DNA of 25,515 nt from Comamonadaceae bacterium (lineage in GTDB: Bacteria; Pseudomonadota; Gammaproteobacteria; Burkholderiales; Burkholderiaceae_C), in assembly GCA_024642025.1 (NCBI GenBank), contig JAHEBY010000001.1:3464-28978 (forward strand), written 5' to 3'. This document shows, in pieces, positions 11,663-19,619 of this stretch (position 1 is the stretch's first letter; each line of letters begins with the position of its first letter). The notes beneath the pieces were generated by a model. It did no database searches, was not told the origin of the DNA, and saw only the letters and a program-made list of their open reading frames with translations. The position numbers were made by a program, and so were the translations under genes.

Positions 11663-12343
11663 GTGATTTACAAAGAGTTGGACCCGTTCGAATCCAAGGC
11701 CAATGAAAAAATGGCCTATTACTTGCGCCGCGCATTTGCGGGCAGCGAGGATGTGGACGTGCTCAATGGTTTGGTGGTTCGATCTGGCGAGGTCCGGGCG
11801 CAAATGCACCACTTGGTCATGCACCCCTTCGGATTGATTGTGGTTGAAAACCTCGCCGTGCGCGGCACCATCAACATTGAAGCTGACTGGCAGTGGACTC
11901 AACTTCACCGGGGTGAGCACAAACAAATTCGTTCCCCTGTTACCGAGACCAAGTTACAGGCGCTTCAACTGGAAGCTTTTCTGGACAAAAAGGTTCGGCA
12001 GAAGGGTTTCTTTCATAGCCTGGAGCTGGATGTGCTGGTGGCCGTGCCTGATTTGCGAGCCATCAAGTGGCCGCAGAGCGGGCCGTTGCTGGAGGTTTGC
12101 AATGCTGACCAAGTGCCGGAGCAAGTGCTCCGACGCTTATTCCAGTGCAAGATTGAAGCCAAACGTCCTGGCAAGCTTGTTGGCGCGCAGCGTCAGCGCC
12201 TGGCGCAGTTTCTGTGCGCCTCGCACAAGGTGTTACCAAGATTGGTGACTGTGGAAGAAGAGCAATCGACGAGAAGTGGTGAGTTTGGCACTACGTCTGG
12301 CGCGCAATGGAGTGCGTCGTCTCGCGCGAGTGACTTGGGTTGA
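11663..12343 (+). CDS. NERD protein, paralog 2, degenerate catalytic motif
   Basis: GTG start. MIYKELD, RRAFAGSEDVDVLNGL, AQMHHLVMHPFGLIVVENL and LVAVPD; aligns colinearly with paralog 1. Confidence 0.75.
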   Translation: MIYKELDPFESKANEKMAYYLRRAFAGSEDVDVLNGLVVRSGEVRAQMHHLVMHPFGLIVVENLAVRGTINIEADWQWTQLHRGEHKQIRSPVTETKLQALQLEAFLDKKVRQKGFFHSLELDVLVAVPDLRAIKWPQSGPLLEVCNADQVPEQVLRRLFQCKIEAKRPGKLVGAQRQRLAQFLCASHKVLPRLVTVEEEQSTRSGEFGTTSGAQWSASSRASDLG

Positions 12344-12586
12344 CCGTGTGGATGTGTGGCGCTTGCCACGACCGCGCCGGACGAACTTCGCCAAGACACC
12401 ATGGACGGCTTTTACCACTAACTTAGCGCCGTTTGTTCGGTGACGTCACGTCAGCGGCGATTGAACAACACCGAAGGGCTGAAAAGCGTGGTCTTATCGG
12501 ACTTGGCACTATCAGCGACCTCCGAAGCATCGTGCGATGTTATAAATGCGGATTACCAAATACACGGCTAATTCTGTCGCTTCGCC

Positions 12587-12964
12587 ATGGATTGTCTCCC
12601 CCATTTTCACGTTGCTGCCATACACGACAGCGCAGATTTTCAGTCAGCAACCCCGGGCCTCGGGGTTTTTTGTACCCGGGAGAAAGAAGACTCTTCCGCG
12701 ATCATGGGTGCAGGGGTACTTGAAAACAGCTTGGGGCGCACGAGTCTGTATGCCATGTATGGTTGGCGACCCCTGTCGGTGGGGTCAGTAAAACTTGGCG
12801 TTTTTGGAGGCGTTATCAACGGCTACAAAAGGAGTGCGGACCTTTTTGCTGGCGTGAGCGCGTCTGTCCCTTTTAGTTGGGGCGAGGTGCATGTGCTGTT
12901 GCTCCCAAAGGCACCAAATATTTCTCCCACCACGCTTGCCTTGTCTTTCACGGTTCGCTTTTAA
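12587..12964 (+). CDS. Putative small outer-membrane beta-barrel-like protein; signal peptide missing, possibly a 5'-damaged pseudogene
   Basis: Amphipathic strands (PGLGVF, ENSLGRTSLYAMYGW, LGVFGGVINGY) and a C-terminal LALSFTVRF ending in Phe. In-frame TAA five codons upstream of the ATG. Confidence 0.55.
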   Translation: MDCLPHFHVAAIHDSADFQSATPGLGVFCTREKEDSSAIMGAGVLENSLGRTSLYAMYGWRPLSVGSVKLGVFGGVINGYKRSADLFAGVSASVPFSWGEVHVLLLPKAPNISPTTLALSFTVRF

Positions 12965-12997
12965 AGGGCTGACTAGCCACGAAACGGGCATGGACCA

Positions 12998-14563
12998 ATG
13001 CCAGATTCCGGAACCTCCCAAAAGAAACCTTTTGAGATCGCGCGGGAGGCGCTCAGGCAGCTGACCGTCCGCAAATTGGTTCCTACGCCGCAGAATTACC
13101 AGACGGTTTACAACGAAATTGCTGCCATTCCGGATGTGCAACCGTTTCCGGAGGCGGCCTTGCGGCAGATTGCCGCTGAGTTGCCAGTTAAAAACCCGGG
13201 CCAGGAGAGACAACTGGCTTTGCTGGAGTCGGCCATTGGCCGACGCTCGTGGGCCGGCGTTCAAAACGCGCTTGTGGTCTATGCAGGCTTCGCCTCGCCC
13301 GCTGGCGGATCGGAGGCTACGACGGCCGCAACGCTCATTGGTGGTGGCACCAGCCCAAGCTCAGCGCCTGCGTTAACCACAGGGTTCCTTGAGCAGATCG
13401 CCCGGCTGATTGAATACACGCAACCCGCGCTGGGCGATGAGGATGCCCGCTTTAACGAGCAAACCCAGACCATCGTTAGTGCGCTGCGCAAGCCCGAAAC
13501 CGACGTGCTGTCGGCGAAATCGCTTCTGGCCAATTTCAGCCATCGGGTGTCCTTCATGGCGGAAGATCAGGCCGAGATCAAGGCCAACCTGCTGCGGCTT
13601 CTGCACCTGATTTTTCAAAATATCGGTGAGCTCAGTCTTGATGACCGCTGGCTTCAGGGTCAAATTGATGGCTTGATGGCAGCTTCCACGCCACCGTTAT
13701 CCCTGCGTCGGCTTGACGATCTGGAGCGGCGCCTCAAGGATGTAATTTTCAAGCAAACCGAGGCCAAGGGTCGGGCCATGGAGGCGCAGGAGGAGATGCG
13801 CAAGATGCTGCTCACCTTTATTGAGCGGCTTTCACAGATGACCGATTCCACGAGCGCCTTTCAGGCAAAGCTTGAAGACAATGCGCGCCAAATCGAGCAG
13901 GCCAAAACGTTGACCGAAATTGCGCCGGTGCTCAAGGACATGGTCGGTGCGACCCGGGGTATGGCTTCCGAGAGCCGAAGCACGCGCGACGAGCTCCAGG
14001 CCATGCGAAAGCAAACGGCCTCCACTGACGCCGAAATTGCCAAGCTGCATCAGGAGCTGGACCGCGTGAGCAATCTGGCGCGACACGATCCTCTGACAGG
14101 TGCGCTCAACCGTAAAGGACTTGACGAAGCCGTGCAGCGTGAAGTGTCCGCCTTTAAGCGTAAGGAAACCCCTCTGAGCGTTGGCCTGCTGGATATCGAC
14201 AACTTCAAGCTGCTCAACGACCGACTGGGCCATGCCAGTGGCGATGCAGCGCTGGTCCATTTGGCAGAGGTGGCGCGGCAAAGCATGCGACCACAGGACA
14301 CACTCGCAAGGTATGGCGGCGAAGAGTTTGTTATTTTGATGCCCGACACGCCGCTGGACAAAGGTATCGAAGCCATGACCCGCCTTCAGCGCGAGCTCAC
14401 CAAGCGCTTTTTTCTGGCTGGCACGGAGAAGGTGCTGATTACCTTTAGTGCGGGTGTGGCACAGGTGGCACCAGACGAGCCAGGAGATGATGCCATCAAG
14501 CGCGCCGACCAGGCTATGTATCTGGCCAAACGTGCCGGAAAGAATCGCGTGCTGGGCAGTTGA
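12998..14563 (+). CDS. Cytoplasmic diguanylate cyclase (GGDEF) with a long helical/coiled-coil N-terminus
   Basis: RHDPLTGALNR, DIDNFKLLNDRLGHASGD, RPQD I-site five residues before GGEEF, TFSAGVA and RADQAMYLAK. No TM segment seen. Confidence 0.95.
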   Translation: MPDSGTSQKKPFEIAREALRQLTVRKLVPTPQNYQTVYNEIAAIPDVQPFPEAALRQIAAELPVKNPGQERQLALLESAIGRRSWAGVQNALVVYAGFASPAGGSEATTAATLIGGGTSPSSAPALTTGFLEQIARLIEYTQPALGDEDARFNEQTQTIVSALRKPETDVLSAKSLLANFSHRVSFMAEDQAEIKANLLRLLHLIFQNIGELSLDDRWLQGQIDGLMAASTPPLSLRRLDDLERRLKDVIFKQTEAKGRAMEAQEEMRKMLLTFIERLSQMTDSTSAFQAKLEDNARQIEQAKTLTEIAPVLKDMVGATRGMASESRSTRDELQAMRKQTASTDAEIAKLHQELDRVSNLARHDPLTGALNRKGLDEAVQREVSAFKRKETPLSVGLLDIDNFKLLNDRLGHASGDAALVHLAEVARQSMRPQDTLARYGGEEFVILMPDTPLDKGIEAMTRLQRELTKRFFLAGTEKVLITFSAGVAQVAPDEPGDDAIKRADQAMYLAKRAGKNRVLGS

Positions 14564-14587
14564 GACAGACAGCGTAGACTCGCGACC

Positions 14588-15166
14588 ATGACCTGGCTTG
14601 TTTTTGGTCTCATCATTTTTCTGGGTGTGCATTCCGTGCGCATCGTGGCCGAAGGCTGGCGCACCCGGGCCATTCAGCAGATCGGCCTTCTGGCATACAA
14701 GGCTGCGTATTCTGTGTTGTCAGCGCTCGGTCTGGCATTGATCATTTGGGGCTTTGGCTCCGCACGTGAAATGCCGGTAATGCTGTGGTTGCCGCCCGTT
14801 GCCATGCGTATTCCGGCGGCGGTGTTGACGCTCACCGCGTTTGTTTTGCTGGCTGCCGCCTATGTACCCGGCAATTTCATCAAGGCGCGCGTTCACCATC
14901 CGATGGCGGCGGCGGTAAAGGTGTGGGCATTTGCGCACCTGATCAGCACGGGCAGTATGGCCCACGTGGTCTTGTTTGGATCCTTTATGGTCTGGGCGGT
15001 GCTGGACTATCGTGCAGCGCGCCGCCGCGACCGCGTGCTGGGCACGCAATATGCGCCTGCCACGGCGTTGGGCAACGTGACCACGCTTATGGTTGGGGGC
15101 ATTGTCTGGGCCGTTGTCGCCTTTGCCTTACATGGGCTGCTGATCGGTATCAAGCCGGTGGTTTAA
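14588..15166 (+). CDS. NnrU family membrane protein
   Basis: LVFGLIIFLGVHSVRI N-terminus and RVHHPMAAAVKVWAFAHLISTG; multiple TM segments. Confidence 0.88.
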   Translation: MTWLVFGLIIFLGVHSVRIVAEGWRTRAIQQIGLLAYKAAYSVLSALGLALIIWGFGSAREMPVMLWLPPVAMRIPAAVLTLTAFVLLAAAYVPGNFIKARVHHPMAAAVKVWAFAHLISTGSMAHVVLFGSFMVWAVLDYRAARRRDRVLGTQYAPATALGNVTTLMVGGIVWAVVAFALHGLLIGIKPVV

Positions 15167-15179
15167 GCTGGAGGCGATG

Positions 15180-15389
15180 TCAGCGTTCAAGCACCCACTG
15201 AATGATGAACTTGGCTGCAAAGCCAACCATGCCGAACGCCAAGCCCAAAAAAATCACAAACGTGCCAAATTTGCCCGCCTTGGATTCCCAGGCCAGGTGG
15301 CCAATGATGAACAGCATGTAGAGCATGAAGCCGCCCACGCCAAAAGATAGGCCAAAGGCGGCAATCTGTTCTTCCGAGAAGCCGAACAT
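15180..15389 (-). CDS. DUF2788-family small membrane protein
   Basis: MFGFSEEQIA...YMLFIIGHLAWESKAGKFGTFVIFLGL; TGATG overlap with the upstream gene. Confidence 0.85.
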   Translation of the reverse strand: MFGFSEEQIAAFGLSFGVGGFMLYMLFIIGHLAWESKAGKFGTFVIFLGLAFGMVGFAAKFIIQWVLER

Positions 15390-16225
15390 CAGCGCTTGCC
15401 CGACTCACGTTGAGTGCCCGAAGCCTGAAGCTCGCGAGGTGGCAGGGTTGATACGTCCACGAGATTGCGGTAGGCGTGCCAGCTTGCATGGCCCAGAACA
15501 GGAATCACAACGACCAGACCCAACACGGTGATCAGGCCAAGCAGGGTCAGCATCATGATGAGGGCTGCCCACACGGCCATCGTCACCGGGTTGGCCAACA
15601 CGGCCTGCCAGCTGGTAAACACCGCCTGCCAGAGTGTGACGCGCCGGTCCAGCAGCAGTGGCATGGCGATCACGCTAGACGCGAACATGGGCGCCGCCAG
15701 CAGGCCGCCCAGCGCAAGCCAGAGTTCAAATAGCCAACCGCTACGTGCCAGCACCACGTGGCGAACAAAATCAAGCGGCGTCAGAATCGGCGCGGGTGCG
15801 AGCAAGGTGATGAGTGCTGCCGATGTAATGACCCAACCAGTGGCCGCCAGCGCCAGCAAGGCACCAAACTGGACCATGCACCAGTAATCGTTACCCCACT
15901 TGCTGAAGTGGCTGCCCTGCCAGTTGAGCCAGGCTTTGACGACGACACCAGAGTCGGCCTTTTCGCCACGTTCAAGCGCCTGGCTCAGCGCATACAGACT
16001 TGTGGCCAGAACCGGCGCGACCACGAGAAAGCCGGACAGCGCGCCAGCGAGTAGCCAGAAGCGGCTGTAGGCGATGGTGGCAATGCCTACACCGCCAATG
16101 GCCAGCGCCAGACCATGTGCAACACTGGTCCAGCCTGCCTGTACCATGTCTGACCAGCCAGCGCGCAGCCACGTCAGCGGCTGGATCGGATTGATTGAGC
16201 GCACGATGGAAGGAGAGCTGAGCAT
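15389..16225 (-). CDS. DUF2189-family integral membrane protein
   Basis: PLTWLRAGWSDM, GFLVVAPVLATSLYALS, MPLLLDR and PVLGHASWHAYRNLV. Start set at ATG 16225 because the track's 16240 start would overlap the extended start of the divergent gene. Confidence 0.85.
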   Translation of the reverse strand: MLSSPSIVRSINPIQPLTWLRAGWSDMVQAGWTSVAHGLALAIGGVGIATIAYSRFWLLAGALSGFLVVAPVLATSLYALSQALERGEKADSGVVVKAWLNWQGSHFSKWGNDYWCMVQFGALLALAATGWVITSAALITLLAPAPILTPLDFVRHVVLARSGWLFELWLALGGLLAAPMFASSVIAMPLLLDRRVTLWQAVFTSWQAVLANPVTMAVWAALIMMLTLLGLITVLGLVVVIPVLGHASWHAYRNLVDVSTLPPRELQASGTQRESGKR

Positions 16226-16255
16226 AATGTCATTTTGCACTCAAAAATTACCACC

Positions 16256-16621
16256 ATGCCCCGTCCCATTCTTGACGAAACGCACATTCACGCTGCCATT
16301 CGCGACAAGGTCGCGTCGCACAACAAGGGTATCGTCAAAGAGGTGCAGGATGCCATCGCAGCGCACCCGGTTGTGGTGGTGGGCATGCGGCAAAACCCCG
16401 CACCGAGGAGAGCGCGGTCCTTGCTGGATGCGGCCAAGGTGCCGCACCATTACCTTGAGTACGGTAGCTATTTCAACACCTGGCGCAAGCGCAATGCGTT
16501 GAAGATGTGGACCGGTTGGCCCACATTTCCCATGGTGTTCGTCAAAGGCTCACTGGTAGGTGGAGCCGATGATCTTGAGAAGCTTCTGACCAGCGGCGAG
16601 CTGGGCAAGTTGCTGGCCTGA
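16256..16621 (+). CDS. Glutaredoxin-like protein lacking cysteine
   Basis: WTGWPTFPMVFVKGSLVGGADDL resembles the monothiol Grx WPTxPQxxxxGxxxGGxD motif. Start set at ATG 16256. Confidence 0.85.
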   Translation: MPRPILDETHIHAAIRDKVASHNKGIVKEVQDAIAAHPVVVVGMRQNPAPRRARSLLDAAKVPHHYLEYGSYFNTWRKRNALKMWTGWPTFPMVFVKGSLVGGADDLEKLLTSGELGKLLA

Positions 16622-16646
16622 GCGGCGCGGTTAGCGCGCGAGACTT

Positions 16647-17135
16647 TTAGTTCGCCGGAGCGGCCGGAGCCGCTTTGCGGTCGCCATGATGCCAGCCGCG
16701 CATGCCATGTCTGCCACCACGTTTCATGGCTTGAGCATCAAAGGTTTTCTGTTGCTCTGGCGTCAGCGTGGCATAGAAGGTTTTGGTGGCATCGGCACGC
16801 TTGTCCATCTCGGCCGTATGCGTGGCCCGCATGGCTTTCATTTTGTCAATGCGCTCGGGCGTTGTGAGCTTCGCCATGGCGTCGTGGTCCGGCATCATGG
16901 CAGCCATTGCGCCAGTTGGTTTCATGGTACCCGCAAATGTGGACCATGAACCTTCCTGGGCTGGCGTCAACTTGAGAGCGGCCTTGAGACCGTCCATGCG
17001 TTTGGCCATCATCTGTTCCATTTTGGCAGGGTCTCGGTGCCCGTCACCACCGTGCCCAAACCCCTGGGCTGTGGCAGCGAATCCGGCTGTGGCCAAGAGG
17101 CCAGTGATCAATGCAGTTTTGAACGTCAATTTCAT
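16647..17135 (-). CDS. Spy/CpxP (LTXXQ) family periplasmic protein
   Basis: Sec signal peptide (…AGFAATA), LKLTPAQ and LTPEQQ motifs, Met/His-rich; SD upstream. Confidence 0.9.
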   Translation of the reverse strand: MKLTFKTALITGLLATAGFAATAQGFGHGGDGHRDPAKMEQMMAKRMDGLKAALKLTPAQEGSWSTFAGTMKPTGAMAAMMPDHDAMAKLTTPERIDKMKAMRATHTAEMDKRADATKTFYATLTPEQQKTFDAQAMKRGGRHGMRGWHHGDRKAAPAAPAN

Positions 17136-17256
17136 GGTGCTTCCTTCTTTCAGTTAATACCCCTGAGGACACAACTTCGTGGTCAGGTTGAAAGCGAGTT
17201 TGCGTTCTGCATGTATCTGCCAGATGGCTGTTTGATAAGAGTTTGTAAAGATCAGA

Positions 17257-17454
17257 TCAGGTCTTGCTCTTCATCGGACATGTGCTCAGCCCCAGCAACC
17301 GGTATGCGGGGCACCAGCCGACGAGGCCAGTAACCAGCGGCACGACGCCAATCCATCCCCACACACCGATGTTGCCGGTAAGCGTGAGGCCGATCAGAGC
17401 CAAGCCTGCGAGGATGCGCACGATGCGGTCAATACTGCCTTCATTGCTTGTCAT
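17257..17454 (-). CDS. DUF2892 (YgaP-like membrane domain) protein
   Basis: NEGSIDRIVRILAG...WGWIGVVPLVTGLVGWCPAYRLLGLSTCP; AAGGAG SD upstream. Confidence 0.92.
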   Translation of the reverse strand: MTSNEGSIDRIVRILAGLALIGLTLTGNIGVWGWIGVVPLVTGLVGWCPAYRLLGLSTCPMKSKT

Positions 17455-17516
17455 GGTTTTCTCCTTGGTTAAATGTGACTAACACGTTAATTTGATACTG
17501 ATTTGCGGCAGACATA

Positions 17517-17532
17517 TGTGACTTGGGTCACA
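17517..17532. promoter_or_regulatory. Perfect CRP-type operator upstream of the DUF2892 gene
   Basis: TGTGA-CTTGGG-TCACA, within the extended inverted repeat TATGTGAC-ttgg-GTCACATA (17515-17534). Confidence 0.8.
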
Positions 17533-17599
17533 TAAGCCGCAACGGGTGTCAGTGTGAAGAGCGGGTACCAATTCGGTGGTTCATACATGTTTTAGGCCG

Positions 17600-17643
17600 C
17601 TAGCCCCCGTCAATTTTGAGCAAGCAGATATAAAATAGATAGC
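17600..17643 (+). repeat. Dispersed ~44-bp intergenic repeat, copy B
   Basis: 31/44 identical to 10324-10367; ends in GATATAAAATAGATAGC. Confidence 0.7.
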
Positions 17644-17659
17644 AGTTGTGGCGAATACA

Positions 17660-18310
17660 TCAGCTTTGCAATGCCGCTGCCAGTGAGCGCAGCGCAGCGC
17701 CGTTGGCAATGTGAATCTGCTCACGCCCGAGGGTGACCCAACCCTCGTTTTCAAAGCGGCGCAACAATCGGGTGACGATCTCGCGTACCGTGCCCAGTTC
17801 ATCGGCGAGCGTCTGGTGTGTCACTGTGAGCTGTGGACCGTGGCCCAGCAAGGCCGCTGCGAGCCGCTGGTCCAGCTTGTGAAACGCCACAGCGTCGATC
17901 AGGCTCGTGAGGTCGGCCATACGCTCGGCGAACAACGCAAGCACCTCGGTTCGAAACGGGGTTGATTCCAGCCACATGCTGAAAACTTCTGGCGGAATCA
18001 GCAACAGCGACGTCGGCTTGGTGGTGACGCCTTGCGCTGACAGGGGCACTTTGCGAAACAGGCTGGCACTGGAGACCAGACACAGCTCGCCCGGAACCAC
18101 GCGATACAGCTCCAGCGAGCGTCCGTCGCCCGAGTTGCGCGAGACTTTGATTTCACCTTCGAGCACCAGCGGAAAACCCCGGCAAGGTGCGTTCGCATCA
18201 AATAGAACTGCGCCAGCTGGGGCCTCCAGGGGGCCGGCACGGGAGCCCAGATCAGCCAGGGGTGGTGTGACCTGAGCCAGTGAAGGGTACAGGCCAAGGG
18301 GGTTTAACAT
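17660..18310 (-). CDS. Crp/Fnr family transcriptional regulator
   Basis: cNMP-binding-like N-terminal domain (PLVLEGEIKV, GRSLELYRVVPGELC) and HTH THQTLADELGTVREIVTRLL. Confidence 0.93.
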   Translation of the reverse strand: MLNPLGLYPSLAQVTPPLADLGSRAGPLEAPAGAVLFDANAPCRGFPLVLEGEIKVSRNSGDGRSLELYRVVPGELCLVSSASLFRKVPLSAQGVTTKPTSLLLIPPEVFSMWLESTPFRTEVLALFAERMADLTSLIDAVAFHKLDQRLAAALLGHGPQLTVTHQTLADELGTVREIVTRLLRRFENEGWVTLGREQIHIANGAALRSLAAALQS

Positions 18311-18338
18311 GGAGCCAGTTTAGCGCCAAGCCCCAAAG

Positions 18339-19619
18339 TTATGGCATCTGTGAAGACCCCCGTCCGGCAGGTGGTGATGCGCTCCAGGCCGCCTGCGACA
18401 ACGCTTCGGCTAGCGCTTCGCGCTCGGCCCGCGGCATGGGGCGCAGGCTATTGGCAACCCACTGTGCGCGCGGGAGGTTGATCTGGCCCGTGGCATCCCA
18501 ACTTTGGGCCTCGGCCGACGGATGATGAAGCATGGCGGCCAGCCAGATGGCCTGGGTTGCATCCAGCTCTTGTGCCCGCACACCGAAATACCGGTTGGCG
18601 GCCGCATCCGCCCCGCAAATTCCATCGCCCCATGGCGCATGGTCCAGATACAAACGCAGGATGCGCGCCTTGCCGAGGGTTTGCTCCATCTCCACGGCAT
18701 ACAGCAATTCGCGCAGTTTGCGAATCGGTGTGCGCTCGCCGCCGGTGACCAGAAGGCGCGCCAGCTGTTGGGACAAGGTGCTTGCGCCGCGCTCGATGCG
18801 CCCCTCGTGTTGATTGCGTTGCAGCGATTCGGTGAGTTCCGAAAGGTCATAGCCTGAATGCTCATAAAACCGCTGGTCTTCGGCGGCAATCACGGCCCGC
18901 GCGAGCACGCTGTCTGTGCGCATGCGGCTTCTGCGCAAACCGGCTGCGCAGTTGCTCCTGGCGCTCCTGAATGCTTCGGTGCCAAGGCCGTTTACGGTGA
19001 ATCCCGCCAGGTGCGGCTTGAAGCTGAACTCTCCCGACGGCAATGTCACGCTGGCTCTCAGTCCAAACGTGCCTTCAATACTGGCAGACTGCCATTCCGG
19101 TATGGCCTGGGCAAACAGTTCATAGCCATCGCGAATCGGTGTGTCCGCAAGCTCGAGTTGTACGCGCATGGCGTCAGGCGTCAGGCGGCCACGCCATGGC
19201 GCGATCAGCTTGCCCGTCGACAGCTGCCCTTCCAGTTGCGAGCCTTGGCGGCGCACCGTCAGCCCGACCGCGTCGAGCAACAGGGTTTCTGCACCCAGGC
19301 TGTGTGCAGGCACCCGGCAGGGTTTGCACTGCATGGCAAGCCACTTCCGCTTGTCGTCCCAATCAACGTGGACCGGCCCGAGTCGGGTTTGTATCGAATA
19401 CCCGTCAAGCAGCGCGCCAACCCATGGCGTGGTGCCGATCCAGATGAGTGATGGAACACTGGCTTCAATCTCCATTGGCCCAAGATGCAATGTCGTGGCC
19501 CAGCCACCGGCTTCAGGTTTCAGCGCCTGACGCACGCCCCACAGCAGCCCGATGGCGCACAAGACGAGCGCAACGGTGGCCATGCCCAGAATTGCGAGCG
19601 CCCGATGAATGATTTTCAT
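18339..19619 (-). CDS. Peptidoglycan transglycosylase (GT51, monofunctional) with an N-terminal TM anchor and beta-rich domain
   Basis: GT51 motifs AAEDQRFYEH, GASTLSQQLAR, RKLRE, YLDHAPWG and GADAAANRYFG; no transpeptidase domain. Start set at ATG 19619 (ATGA overlap with the upstream gene). Confidence 0.88.
   Translation of the reverse strand: MKIIHRALAILGMATVALVLCAIGLLWGVRQALKPEAGGWATTLHLGPMEIEASVPSLIWIGTTPWVGALLDGYSIQTRLGPVHVDWDDKRKWLAMQCKPCRVPAHSLGAETLLLDAVGLTVRRQGSQLEGQLSTGKLIAPWRGRLTPDAMRVQLELADTPIRDGYELFAQAIPEWQSASIEGTFGLRASVTLPSGEFSFKPHLAGFTVNGLGTEAFRSARSNCAAGLRRSRMRTDSVLARAVIAAEDQRFYEHSGYDLSELTESLQRNQHEGRIERGASTLSQQLARLLVTGGERTPIRKLRELLYAVEMEQTLGKARILRLYLDHAPWGDGICGADAAANRYFGVRAQELDATQAIWLAAMLHHPSAEAQSWDATGQINLPRAQWVANSLRPMPRAEREALAEALSQAAWSASPPAGRGSSQMP

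Noticed and set aside
12352-12426. 24-codon ORF MCGACHD... containing a CxxCH heme motif
   Set aside because: Too short, with no signal peptide or SD and an in-frame stop shortly upstream; likely chance.
12440-12449. Perfect 10-bp palindrome GTGACGTCAC
   Set aside because: Single short occurrence with no linked promoter evidence; expected by chance in 25 kb.
13832-14632. 266-aa minus-strand ORF
   Set aside because: Antisense shadow of the GGDEF gene.
12998-15166. Functional link between the diguanylate cyclase and NnrU (NO / c-di-GMP signalling)
   Set aside because: Only adjacency supports it. nnrU appears to have its own -10, and no FNR/NnrR box (TTGAT-N4-ATCAA) was seen.
16625-16639. GCGCG-gttag-CGCGC hairpin between the convergent grx-like and Spy genes
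   Set aside because: Only a 5-bp stem with no adjacent U-tract; too weak to call a terminator.
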